The notes beneath the pieces were generated by a model. The model did no database searches. It saw only the letters and a list, made by a program, of their open reading frames with translations, and was not told the DNA's origin. A stretch of 51,254 nt of DNA, from NCBI GenBank assembly GCA_001662655.1, contig KV460268.1; one strand, given 5' to 3'. Below, one piece after another: positions 1-11,284 of this stretch. Position 1 is the stretch's first letter, and every line of letters begins with the position of its first letter. The position numbers were made by a program, and so were the translations under genes. The stretch is from Pseudogymnoascus verrucosus (taxonomy: Eukaryota).

Positions 1-2
1 CT

Positions 3-2396
3 GTGCCGGATATGTACGGGTCTCAAATTTCCGCAGATGGCTCAGATGATCCAGACTCCCTCGTCATCCCTACACCAGATGACCTCTTTCGAATTGAAAA
101 AACCCTCTCTATCCGGACCGTCGAGGCCAAACTACGACCAACGGGCAAGAAACCCGAGCAACCCGTGGACGGGCGGCGGGGACATAAAGCCGAGCCCGAC
201 CCATCTGTGGGAGATTACTTTGCAGAAGTTGTTCTTGACGGAGAAGTTCGTTCAAGGACGACGACAAAGTTTGGGACGAACAAACCTTTCTGGCGCGAAG
301 AGAGCGAGTTTGGCGGGCTGCCTGCTGCGCTCCCGGAGATTTCGATTGCTCTCAAGAGGATGAAATCGAAGCCTCAGCCTCATCCTCAGGTTCATGGGTC
401 GAAATCTTCTGTTAGCGTTCACACCCCGGAAATTGTATGGGAAGTCCTATGCGGCATCGTCCACATACGCATGGATCAACTGGATCGCGGCAAGGATGTG
501 GAGAATTGGTGGCCGGTATTGAATGAGAAGAAGGAAGCAATTGGCGAGATGCTGATACGGGTGCGCCATGACGAGCTCGTTGTGTTACTGTTGAAGGAGT
601 ACAAGGCTCTATCGGATCTCTTGCATAAGTTTACCTTGGGATTGACGCTGCAGATGTCCCAATATGTGCCATCCAAGCTCCGCTTCCTGGCAGAGACATT
701 GTTGGACGTGTTCCAAGTCTCTGGGCAGGCTCAGCAGTGGCTGGTATCTTTGGTCGAGGACGAGATTGACGGCATCAGCAAAGAAACGCCGGTTCAGCGC
801 TTACGGTTCAGTCGACGCATGGGCTCGAACGATTCATTTGATTCAGTCAGCGACAGAGAGGTCCAACTCCGTGACATGAACAAGTCCCTCACAGGCGAAG
901 CCAATCTCCTCTTCCGCGGCAACTCCCTCCTCACCCAAGCATTAGACTTCCACATGCGCCGTCTCGGGAAAGAATACCTCGAAGACCTCCTCGGCGACAA
1001 AGTCCGCGAAATCAACGCCATGAACCCAGACTGCGAAGTCGATCCCTCCCGCGTCGGAGCCAGCGAAGACCTAAGCAGGAACTGGGCCACCCTCAACGCG
1101 CTCACCAGCGATATCTGGGCCCACATCTCCGCCTCGCACAACCAATGTCCCGCGGAACTGCGACAGATCCTAAAGTACGTCCGCACCGTCGCCGAGGACC
1201 GATACGGCAACTTCCTCCGCACCGCACCTTACACCTCTGTCTCGGGCTTCCTCTTCCTCCGCTTCTTCTGCCCCTCCCTCTTGAACCCTAAACTCTTTGG
1301 CCTCCTGCGCGACCACCCCCACCCGCGCGCCCAACGCACCCTAACACTCATCGCCAAATCCCTCCAGGTCCTCGCCAACCTCTCCACCTTCGGGCAGAAG
1401 GAAGCCTGGATGGAGCCCATGAACCGCTTCCTCGCCCAGAACCGCCAGACTGTAAAAGCATTCATCGACAACATCTGCTCCATCCCCGCCGACCGCACGC
1501 GCATCCCCCCACCAGCATCCTACTCCACGCCCCTCGCAATCCTCAAACGCCTCCCCATGACCTCCCGCGAAGGCTTCCCCTCCCTCCCCTACCTCATCGA
1601 CGAAGCGCGCACCTACGCCGCCCTGGTCCGCTTCTGGCTCGAATCCGTAGCGGGGGACACCGCGCGCGTCGCCGAGTTCTCCGGCGACCTCCTCGCCTTC
1701 CACAACGAGTGCGTCGCGCTCCAGAAGCGGGCAGATGAGTGTCTCCGCCGCGCCGAGGCGGAGGCGAAGGTCGAGGAGCCGCCGGAGCTGAAGTGGACTG
1801 ATATCTTGAGGAGTTTGGAACGCAGTAGTGCGCTGGATCAGAGGACGTTTACGGAGAATGATATTGTGCCCCATGCGGCGAATTCGTACCCGCTTGCGAC
1901 GCCGAGGGAGGCCGCGAGGTGGAATAGGAACGATGATGGTAGTATACCTGTGCCCGGGTCGGCGGGCTCGGAGACGGGGAGTAGAGAACGCAGAGAGCGT
2001 CAGACGTTTTGGGAGAGTACATTTGGGAAGGAGAGTTTGCGCATGCCCCGCCCTCTAGCTGCGGATGTGTTTGGCGGCTCCCTGGATATTGGGGCGATGG
2101 GTGCGTCGCCGCCTACGGAGCGGGGGTTGAGTAGGGAGGGGAAGGGCGGGAAGGGGTTTTTGAGCGGTGTTAGTGGGGTGTTGAGGAAGAAGGGGGGAGG
2201 AGAGAAGGAGAGGGAGAAGGAACAGGAGAAACAGCGCGCTAAGGCGGAGAAGGAGGCTGTTAAGGAGGGAGAGAGGGAGAAGGAACGGGAGAAGGAGAGG
2301 GAGAGGAAGGAACGGAATAAAATTACCCGCGAGAGGAACGGGCAGGGGGAGGAGAAGGGGAGGGAGAAGGAGAAGGGGAAGGGTGCTGCTGAGTGA
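3..2396 (+). CDS. Ras GTPase-activating protein (C2 + RasGAP, Bud2/Cla2-like), 5' part outside window
   Basis: C2-like segment (YFAEVVLDGEVRSRT...PFWREE) followed by RasGAP motifs LFRGNSLLT and SVSGFLFLRFFCPSLLNPKLFGL; E/K/R low-complexity tail; ORF open at the window edge. Confidence 0.9.
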   Translation: MPDMYGSQISADGSDDPDSLVIPTPDDLFRIEKTLSIRTVEAKLRPTGKKPEQPVDGRRGHKAEPDPSVGDYFAEVVLDGEVRSRTTTKFGTNKPFWREESEFGGLPAALPEISIALKRMKSKPQPHPQVHGSKSSVSVHTPEIVWEVLCGIVHIRMDQLDRGKDVENWWPVLNEKKEAIGEMLIRVRHDELVVLLLKEYKALSDLLHKFTLGLTLQMSQYVPSKLRFLAETLLDVFQVSGQAQQWLVSLVEDEIDGISKETPVQRLRFSRRMGSNDSFDSVSDREVQLRDMNKSLTGEANLLFRGNSLLTQALDFHMRRLGKEYLEDLLGDKVREINAMNPDCEVDPSRVGASEDLSRNWATLNALTSDIWAHISASHNQCPAELRQILKYVRTVAEDRYGNFLRTAPYTSVSGFLFLRFFCPSLLNPKLFGLLRDHPHPRAQRTLTLIAKSLQVLANLSTFGQKEAWMEPMNRFLAQNRQTVKAFIDNICSIPADRTRIPPPASYSTPLAILKRLPMTSREGFPSLPYLIDEARTYAALVRFWLESVAGDTARVAEFSGDLLAFHNECVALQKRADECLRRAEAEAKVEEPPELKWTDILRSLERSSALDQRTFTENDIVPHAANSYPLATPREAARWNRNDDGSIPVPGSAGSETGSRERRERQTFWESTFGKESLRMPRPLAADVFGGSLDIGAMGASPPTERGLSREGKGGKGFLSGVSGVLRKKGGGEKEREKEQEKQRAKAEKEAVKEGEREKEREKERERKERNKITRERNGQGEEKGREKEKGKGAAE

Positions 2397-3182
2397 GTGG
2401 AGTGGGTGGTGGGGGGTTAGAGCGATTTTGAGCATTTGTTGATTTACCCTCCGCTTTTTGTAGGGTGTTGAGAGGAGCGGGACGAGCGAATGAATGGGAT
2501 GATTGGATTGAGAGACACAAAGCAAGCATTGCACACTCTGCCGCGAATCGGGCATGATTTATTGGTAGTTTTTAATGGTCTGCAAAACTCGGGAATGAGA
2601 TCTTTTTTGGTGTCTAGTTTTGGAGAGCGGGGGGTGGCTTCGATTTGTTTGGGGGGGGGGGATTGTGGTGGTGGCACTCGTTTTATTTGTTGTGAGGAAT
2701 TCTGATGTTTGCACACATCTTTGGTGGGAGGGGAGGGTTGACTATAGACATAGAGAGGTGTAAAATCTTGTGTTTTTTGTCTATTTTTGTAGGGGAGGGA
2801 GAGGGTAGAAGACGGAGTGAATTAACGTTAAAATATCCATTTATCTACTTCATATACTTCGTTTTGTGAGGCGCTGTAATTATTAATTTGTCCCCTTTAT
2901 CTACTTGTTCGTGAGGCGTTCTAACTATTCCCTTCTTGGCAGCCCTCTTTCCCAAAGAGGCATTTCTAATGTTGGTCCAATTTCTGCCAGCCTCGTCCCC
3001 CCTGCATGCGCCTCATCTCTAGACGCGCGCAGCGACTGTGCGCGCGCCTTCAATTTAGATTTTGCAATTCCATCTTCCAATTCTATCGCGCTGGGCCAAT
3101 TTTGCGCGACGGAGTAGAAAGGTGTTTTATGCTACGCTCCTAACCCTAGGAGTGAGAACGGCTTTCTCACACGAGAGACGAC

Positions 3183-4467
3183 ATGGCGGTAGCCGTAGCG
3201 ATGGATTCTTCTGTTGACAAGCTGCCTGGGGTGGATAAGGAGGTCAAGAGGCTCTGGATCACGAAATTGAGTCTACGCTGCATCGCGGCGGTTCTCAGTC
3301 TCGTCGTCGTCGGGTGCTGCGCTGGGACTTATTTCGGGAACCCCGTGTTACTGGGTCCAGTAACTCATCCCCCCATATCATGAACTGGGGTAGCACTTCT
3401 TTCTAACCACCTTCACACAGGCAGCCGCCGCGCTGCTATGGAGTATCGCTGAGGCAATCACTCTGTTTGTCCGTCGGCAGACGTACAAGGGAATCCACCC
3501 CGGTGCCTGCGTCGGCGTCGATCTAATTCTCTGGCTTGTGCTGGGGACGATGGCGGGGTTGCAGGCGTTTGTGTTATTCGATGGGAATGTTATATCTGGG
3601 CCGCTTGATTTGCTCTATACCATTGCTGCAGTCTTTGGGTTGGTTGTAACGTATGATACTACTATGGGGAGACATGTGGGATATAGAGACTAACCTGTCC
3701 TTGATAGAGCTTTACTCATCGCACTCTTCATCATAGCTTGCATCGAGACGCATCGCCGGCGGAAGGGAGGTGTGCCACTTGCTCCAGTTCCTTACTACCC
3801 AGACCAGCAGCAGGGCGCATTCAACCAGCATCAACCCGTCTTGAACCCAAATCAGCAGCCTGGAGCATTCAACCCTAATACGCCCTTCAACCCAAACCAG
3901 CAGCCCGGAGCATTCAACCCTCACCAACCTCACCCCCCCTTCAACCCAACCCAACAGCAGCCCAACCAACAGCCAGGCGCCTTCATCCCCAACTCCCAAC
4001 CAACAACATTCACCGCAAACCCGTACCCCACAACTTTCCCCCCTACGTCCCCCTTCCCCGCCCACTACGCGCAACCACAGACACAAACGCCCTCCCCCCA
4101 ATCCACCACCACCCAGCCATTCGGACAAGGCACATTAGCGCCATCGCAGCCTCCCCAATGGGTTGGAAATTCGACGCCTCAGGGGCAGTATGAGATGTCT
4201 AGTTCTCCGGCGCCTCAGGCAGCTAGAATCTTCAATGGCGGACCTCCTCATGCAACAGGGGGATTTAACAACGGACAGCAGCAGGCGCAGCACGAGTTAG
4301 CAGGAGGCACCCCGGCGCCGGGGGGGTTCACCCAGATTGCTCCGCAGCAGATGTCACAGTATGCCAACAAAGTGGGGAGTCCGCCACCATTGTATGAGAT
4401 GTACGTGCGCCCTACCGGTGCCGAACGTGGCGGGGGGGTGTCGCATGAGATGGGGGGTGCGAGGTAG
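3183..4467 (+). CDS. MARVEL-like multi-pass membrane protein with Q/P/N-rich C-terminal tail
   Basis: Exons ~3183-3359, 3421-3650, 3709-4467 joined by GT..ctaac..AG introns; hydrophobic helices with the motif IHPGACVGVDLILWL; repeated NPNQQPGAF units in the tail. Confidence 0.65.
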
Positions 4468-4819
4468 GAAAATGGGGACAAGAGAGGGTCAAGGGCGGGG
4501 GACAGAAGGGGGAAAGGAGGAGGAAAAGGCGGGCTGGAGTATAATATGATACCCTAAGAAATTGTAGGCGGCCGAGATATGTGTATTCGATTTTTGTCTA
4601 GCCGCGGAATGGCTGTGTGTGTATATTTTTGTAGTAAGGGTTTCTGCTCAGCAATAAAAATACACAGGTTATTTTCTCAAGTAGAGAAAAAGAAAATCTA
4701 CACAAATCTCAGCTGAAACGGGTGTAATTAGCAGTGCAATACCTCAGTAACCAATCTTACCTCGTCCATCTGGCTTCACCTCACAGCGAGGCTTCAGCGC
4801 CTCGCCTATACTCCCCAAA

Positions 4820-5983
4820 CTACACATCCCCAAACTTCTCCGGCTGTCTCTCCTCCCTATAACACTGATTATCGCACAGCCTCGCCATAACCTGCGGCAT
4901 CACCTTCGGCGTCTGTACCCCTGCATATTCCCCCCACCAAGAATTCTCTTCATCAGGCATGTATTCGTCCATCCGCATGTACCGCTGCTCCTTCGGCACA
5001 GGAGGCTTCCACACCAATGCAGGATTTGTGTCCCCAAAACTCTCGGGCTGATCCTTCTGTATCCGCTTCCAAGCGGCGACCTGGAGAAGCCATCTGATTT
5101 TCTTCTCCCACGAGAGCACGGCTGCGTGGAATTCCCCGCTGAGGATGACGTTGAAGAGCTTTTCCACATGGGGCTCTGCTTCCTTCAAGGTAGGATCTGA
5201 GTTGTACAACTTGTAGAATTGACGTAAGCGAGGTACGTCGTCAAAGTCGACGGTTTGCACCAAGGCATCGCCTAGTAAGCCAAAGAGACCAGATGCTAGA
5301 GCGGCTGCTTTGTCGACATGCAGCGAGATGGCTACTAGAGTCAGGTATATGGTTTGATCCTCGGCAAAAGCCACGATGTGATAGATATCCTCTGCCCTTT
5401 CGTCTTGCACTTCGGTAATGGGTATGCTTGGGGTTGCCGATGCCACGGGCTCGGAGTCAGATGGTGGTGAGTTATTAGTAGTGGTGGCAGTATCTATCAT
5501 CAACTCTCCCACATCGAAGGGATGGATTACATCTCCAACGAGGGATATCCGCATGCCATAATCCCAGCGTGCCCTATAGATGAGCATCACCAGCGGGGTC
5601 TCATCATAACCAGGAACATAAGCATCATAGACCTGGTAAAACGCGTGATTCCTCCTCCGCGTCCAGTTAAGGTGAAGTGCCAAATCAATCTTGGGCTGGA
5701 GCCATATCGTCTCTAGACTAGTATCGTCCTGTGACTTTTGGTGCTGGCCCCATTCGAAGACCGTCTGGCGTGCTTCACGGCTGACCGCGGCAACGTAGGG
5801 CACCCGGGCGTTTTTAAAAGTGGTCCGGTTGGGCCAGCAGGCTTGACGAGAGCGTTTGCCGTCGAGGAGGGTGTAGGGGATGTCTTCTTCTGCGATGCGG
5901 CGGGGGAGACAGTGGAACCAGATGAGACAACGGAGTTCGAGAGGGAGACGGCTGAATTGAGGAAACGAGTCGCGAGTGCTCAT
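4820..5983 (-). CDS. 2EXR-domain hypothetical protein
   Basis: N-terminal FPQFSRLPLELRCLIW...VSREAR signature of fungal 2EXR proteins; ATG at 5983 chosen as start. Confidence 0.75.
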   Translation of the reverse strand: MSTRDSFPQFSRLPLELRCLIWFHCLPRRIAEEDIPYTLLDGKRSRQACWPNRTTFKNARVPYVAAVSREARQTVFEWGQHQKSQDDTSLETIWLQPKIDLALHLNWTRRRNHAFYQVYDAYVPGYDETPLVMLIYRARWDYGMRISLVGDVIHPFDVGELMIDTATTTNNSPPSDSEPVASATPSIPITEVQDERAEDIYHIVAFAEDQTIYLTLVAISLHVDKAAALASGLFGLLGDALVQTVDFDDVPRLRQFYKLYNSDPTLKEAEPHVEKLFNVILSGEFHAAVLSWEKKIRWLLQVAAWKRIQKDQPESFGDTNPALVWKPPVPKEQRYMRMDEYMPDEENSWWGEYAGVQTPKVMPQVMARLCDNQCYREERQPEKFGDV

Positions 5984-6361
5984 GCTGAACTTACCGTGAG
6001 GCCAGTTGAGATAGAAGGGATTGACGATGTAAAAGATGAGAGGTAGACTGCCTTTGCACCGTCTTGGTGGGTATGGGGTTCCGAATGACTCAGCGGCTGA
6101 ACTAACGATCCTTGTTCTTCGCCATGACATGCATCTTCCAACGGCACTGAACTCAAGGAAAAGCTGCGCTCATGCTATATGCGCTCACATCCCCAATGAT
6201 GCTCCTAGTCAATCTATCATGCCGTAGGTGACACGAAGCCTCTACGCGAGGTTTGTGTCTACCAGCTAAGTGTAGCGCGCCTACGGCGCCGGTTTTGAGA
6301 CGCACTTTAGTAGCACGTGGCTATAAGTTGGACAGGGATACAGTGTAATAGACACATACAC

Positions 6362-7284
6362 TTAAGAAGCATACAAGACTGTTAGAGCATTCGCGTTAAT
6401 CCATCCGTTATGCTTAATAAGGCTAGATACAGGTTTTCCTAGTCCCACGATAAAGTTATAGAGGTCCTCCGTGAACATAGGCCAGACGCGGGCGCTAGCT
6501 CTAAGCCCTCCATTATTATAGAACTCGCACAACAGCAAGCTTCCCGTGTCGAGCGTCTCCTGGTCAGCAAGGAAGACACCCGAGTTCCAGTAGTGGAACA
6601 CCACCGTGCCTATCGACGTCATGGCCATATTCTCAAATACAGTCGGCTCAACGTAGCTCCAGGTACTAAAACCTTCGACGGTCACAGGGTTGGACCAGCA
6701 CAATTAGGTCGGACTATAGCAGTAGATGTGTCGCCTCCAAATAGAGTGCCCCGTGGGCCGTCAAAGTGATACAACATAAGCACTATCTTCGTCCAAAGGG
6801 CGCGGTTCCGCGGACTGATCGGCTCCGGGACGATGAGACTGCACCAATCAGACTGTTGGATGTTCTGGCCGGTACTAGCCAGTTCTGCTGGAAACCACCC
6901 ATCGCTAGGACGTAATTGTGCCCTTTACTAGTAGGAGTCACGGGTATCCTGGCTCATGGTGGCCCATTCTTTAACGAGCTGACGCCGCCTGGTTATTCTA
7001 GAGGTCTGTTCCTGGCTACTGCCGTCACAGGGCGTCGCGTTTTCCTAGACACACGAGTTAGGTCTATGATTCATTTCACTCTTGGCCTTGTAGAAAGTAG
7101 AGTTTCAAACCTCAAGAAACAGTTGCCAGCCCTTCACCTCCTCTTTAAAGGCATCTATACCGAGGACTGGATTATCTTGACATCGAATATGTAAAGGAAT
7201 ACCACCAGGCCAGCATTTCTCAGGGTCTGTCATTTTCTACAGAGGGTTCAATAGACTCTGAGTTTGCTTGTAAAAAGTTGACAT
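6362..7284 (-). pseudogene. Pseudogene of an uncharacterised WPGGIP/HMG-like family, paralog of 36127-36993
   Basis: Conceptual translation MSTFYKQ...PL*KMTDPEKCWPGGIP...EEVKGWQLFLE / intron 7045-7110 / ENATP...RRRQLVKEWATMSQDTRDSY**RA...VFLADQETLDTGSLLL; several in-frame TAG/TAA stops consistent with C>T changes. Confidence 0.75.
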
Positions 7285-7569
7285 GAGAGTCCTTTGTATT
7301 AAACATGTGGGTGGAGTTGGCTAGGCACTAATTAATGATAGGGGTCACGCTACTGTCGGTCGCGGCGGCTAGATCTAGAAGGTCATCCTTCGCCCTCTAC
7401 GTACAATTATGGAGTAATTAAAGCTGCGGCTAGAGGCAGCACGATGGTCCCAGTGTTCGGCGGGTATGTATCCGGGTAGTATCCGTGAAGCTCACGGGTA
7501 GGGTAGGGTATATACCCGGATACATGAGGCTGAATATGGTATATAAAAATAGAATAGAGTATATAAAAA

Positions 7570-8435
7570 CAGCTAATATCATAAATGGGCCTCTTTTTAA
7601 TTCAAAAATCATAAATAGGCCTCTTTTTATATATAATATCATAAGTAGGCCTCTTTTTATTACAATATCAGGAATGGGCCTCTTTTTTTCTTATCGCGCA
7701 CGTGCCTAATTATTCTGCTAGTCATATGACCAAGCATTAGCTGACTTTGATTTCCCGCTCTAATTGAAGTTACAAATTTAATTTACATAGCAGACGACAA
7801 AGGGTATTATGATGTCCTAGCCATTCCTATGCTCCTAGACTCCTAGACTCCCAATCCTCCATAAGTTCATCATTTCAATCTTCCCGGATATTCATATCTA
7901 GTCATATGCAGGCGCATGCAACAGACAAGCTGCATGTCCTTTGCTTAGATGGTGACACGCTTAGCGTAAATGGCAGCTAGGTTAGTCACTAGATTGTTTA
8001 CTATAATGTTTACTATACCTTAAATTCACAGTGTGGTATATCTTCCTCCCCTTCTTCTTAGTCTTTAACAGTCTTGCATTTCAAGACAAATCTCATTAGC
8101 TTTAAGGTCTCGGTCTAGTACGATTGCCCGTTGTCTTTAAGAGCAGCTGTAATAGATAGCTTGGCTTCTTTCATTGAAGGGAAAACATTGCTAGAGTAGA
8201 CATTGTACGAGTAAGGATATAGTAATATACAGCTAGGAATACTCAAATATAAAATGTAAATAGAGGCAGTCAGAGTTTTCACTCGCGTAATATGTTGTAG
8301 GCGGTGAGCGATAAGAAAAAAAGAGGCCCATTCCTGATATTGTATTAAAAAGAGGCCTACTTATGATATTATATATAAAAAGAGGCCTATTTATGATTTT
8401 TGAATTAAAAAGAGGCCCATTTATGATATTAGCTG
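7570..8435. mobile_element. Internally deleted Mutator-like element (MULE) nested in the hAT
   Basis: ~128-bp TIRs (7570-7697 / 8308-8435) built of four GGCCTCTTTTT units; 9-bp TSD ATATAAAAA at 7561-7569 and 8436-8444; minus-strand remnant FPSMKEAKLSITAALKDNGQSY*...RFVLKCK (~8183-8070) resembling a MuDR N-terminus. Confidence 0.88.
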
Positions 8436-8487
8436 ATATAAAAATGAAGCTATTGATAATAATATAACGCCCTAACGCCCTAACCCC

Positions 8488-10713
8488 CTATATTTCTTCG
8501 TCTGCCTCATCATTAGCATCATCGCCGTCACTCTCTGCCTCCTGTATCCGACCCCAATTCCGTAAGCAAAGTAAATATCTAATCGTTAGCGGTAATAACC
8601 TGTTCCGCTTCTTTGTGATAATATCACTTCCATTACTAAATACCCGCTTAGAAGCTGCAGAGGTTGCTGGAATTACAAGATGATCTCGAGTAATACAGGC
8701 GATAACTAGATATTGGTATTGCTTTGCGCACCAATATTTAAGGATATCAGTATGCTCACTAGGCCGTGGTTTAAGCATCCACCGCCTCCATTCTGGTTCC
8801 TAGAATGCTAAGCCCTCTAAAGCAAATAGATCCTCGTTAGAGTTAGGCTTAGGCTCTGCTCTATTTAGAGCACTGTCTATAAGAGCCGTCTCACGGGTAA
8901 TACGCTCTATATTAATATAATACTCTCGCCTTTAATACGTCTAGTAAACGTCTTCAAATTAAGCTCTAGCTCGTAGTCTTTGTGAATTGTCTATAGTATT
9001 TAGATATAGCTTCTTAAATACTGTATAATTCATCTGTAGGTCGCAAATCGTAGCAACAGCTAAGTGCTTGCATTATAGATTCGTTATGAGAGTATAATAT
9101 ATATTAAGCTTTTAAAGCGTAGCTTCGTAAGCAAGTCTAATAGTAGAGCTATTACTAAGCTCGTCTTAAATTAACGTAACCTTATTTATCATCTTTAAGT
9201 AAAGAGGGATCGTAAAGTTAAGGGTTAGAAACGAATCGCTTTGTAGCCGTCTTAACGGCTTTAGGAATACTAGGAATAATCGTTCGAGAGCTTCAATAAT
9301 AGCCTAATCGTCTATAGTTAACGATATATCCTTTATACTAAGATTAAGCTTCTACGTAGAACACACTATAGTAATTGGTATTCGAAGCTTTAAAGCAGTC
9401 TTAAGCATATAGTACGTTAAGTTCTAACGTACTAGCATATTAAGTGATAATTGCCGTGGCTTCTGCCCTGCAGCTTAGATCTGCTTCTGTAAAGCATCCT
9501 TCTAAGCTCGACGGTTCCGAAATATATAAATATGCTAGCGTAGCTTTATAAGGGCTGTTAATACGTCGCTTCCTATATGCTGTAGTATCTAAGTAAGACC
9601 TTGCTTACACTAGTATGCTTCTACTTCTGTATCTAGGCTGGCTTTTAAGCTCTTAAAAGCAGCTTAGACTGTAATATTGATAATATATGCAATACATCAG
9701 ACGTCTCCTTCCTTTACTGTAAATTTCCACGGCTGTTAAATAGTAGGCTAACCCTTACTAGCTAGCTTCTCATATTCTGCAAGCATAACTGTATTCGTAG
9801 AGGCATTATCCTGTGTATAAGTGAAGATAGCGCCTGTGATTTCTAAGCTATCTGTTACAGCTGCTAATTCCTCAGCGAGATATTCGCTGCTATGGATTGG
9901 TTCTCGAAGGTAGATTACGTTGAGTAATACACACTAATGCTACCACTTCTCGTTGATCTAATGACCTGTAACTACAGCGTACTTAGTATAGTTCTGTGTA
10001 GTCTATGTATCTATCGTTATGGATATCCGGCCTCCACTTATAATATGAGACTGTAGTTCAATTTGTAATAGGCCTTGGTGATATGATAATTGCCGCTGTA
10101 GTTCTTAGTGTAGCGTTCAGGATGAGACTAATAACATAGATGGGCTTAAAAATTAAACTAATTAATAGAACGAATGGCTCTTAATAAGCCGTAAGGAGAG
10201 GTTATTTAATATAACAAATGAGAGTAGTAACTCTCGGTATTTCGCTCTACTATTCGACGATTGAATAGAAATAGGCTTAGGCTTCTAGCTCCGTGGCTTA
10301 AAGAACGACGACGCACTACTTAATAGGCTTAATCTTAATGGTATATTCGTCTAATTCTTCGTTGTATATGCTATCGTTAGATGCTTCTAAGAATAGTGCT
10401 TCTATAGATTACTAGTTGACGTCTGATTTATCACTTGCGGAGTAGGCGAATATCCACAGTCTAGTTGCAAGTAGGTTATCTTAACCGTAGGAGGCATAGT
10501 ATCAAGTATCATTCGGGAGTATAATAGCTTAGTGAATAGTATCGACGTCGTTAGCGGCAGCATTGGTCCTAGAGGCTGAAGCCGGAGCGGCGGTGTAGGA
10601 ATATGAGAATTATCAGGTTGAATAGGGGTAGGCAGGGTTGGTAAAGTGGGCTCGTTATAAGTATCATAACTCTCATAACCGCCCTCGAGCTCAGAGAGCG
10701 AAGAGTCACTCAT
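8488..10713 (-). pseudogene. hAT transposase pseudogene
   Basis: C-terminal hATC dimerisation motif DILKYW...RDHLVIPATSAASKRVFS...IITKKRNRL at 8488-8778; N-terminal fragment at 10402-10713; many stops between. Confidence 0.85.
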
Positions 10714-10998
10714 TATGAGGATATTTCAGCATTACTACAGGTCTCACGATATACGACGACGTCATGAAATGAAGCCTTAGCAACAGCTTGGCTATTCTTG
10801 GCATGTATCCGGGTATATACCCGGATACACCGGATACTCTACAAATATCGACGGGTAGGTATATACTCGGGTATATACCCGGATACCAAGGGTATATTGG
10901 TATCCGTGCCTAACACTGGATGGTCCTCAATATGCGAAGACGTCAGTTTTTGCGTTTTGGTGAGGGTCATATTAGACTTACATTTTAAGCTAGTTATA

Positions 10999-11181
10999 TA
11001 TGTTCCGGCCCAACCACCAACTATTCTGGTTGGCCAACTAGTCGGTCAGTTGGCCAACTGGCCGGCCGAACCACCAACTTTTAGGTTGGTCGTTCGGCCG
11101 GCCCAACCGCCAACTCAAAGTAGCTTTGCACTATAATTTATATGTAAAGATACTTTGAGTTGGTGGTTGGGCCGGAACATA
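10999..11181. mobile_element. MITE, Tc1/mariner-type (TA-flanked)
   Basis: 22-bp perfect TIR TGTTCCGGCCCAACCACCAACT (11001-11022 / 11158-11179) inside TA runs; internal copies of the CCAAC/GTTGG motif; no ORF. Exact ends are ambiguous within the TA runs. Confidence 0.75.
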
Positions 11182-11284
11182 TATATATGGTCGTACGATT
11201 GGTTTACTAATAACGGAACCTATCTCCCTTGCAACTAAGGGTGGCAGGATGGTTTCTTAGACCGTAATTACACTTTAACTCCTC

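Larger units (their letters stand above)
7451..10918 (-). mobile_element. hAT-superfamily DNA transposon, RIP-inactivated
   Basis: 8-bp TSD GATGGTCC at 7443-7450 and 10919-10926; TIR CAGTGTT(C/A)GGC; subterminal CGGGTATATACCCGGATAC repeats at both ends; TpA-rich stop-riddled interior. Confidence 0.93.

Noticed and set aside
1229..2716. Antisense and overlapping ORFs on RasGAP (and similar ones on NTH1, the F-box-like gene, CPR6 and the NLR)
   Set aside because: Shadow ORFs caused by GC-rich or low-complexity codon use; no independent motifs.
4480..4820. 5S 5' half closing the left island
   Set aside because: No ACATACGACCATAG or GGGCATCCCGTCCGCTC match found here or elsewhere left of 15800.
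7570..7697. CRISPR-like array of ~30-bp units
   Set aside because: The units are internal modules of a MULE TIR mirrored at 8308-8435; no unique spacers; eukaryotic context.
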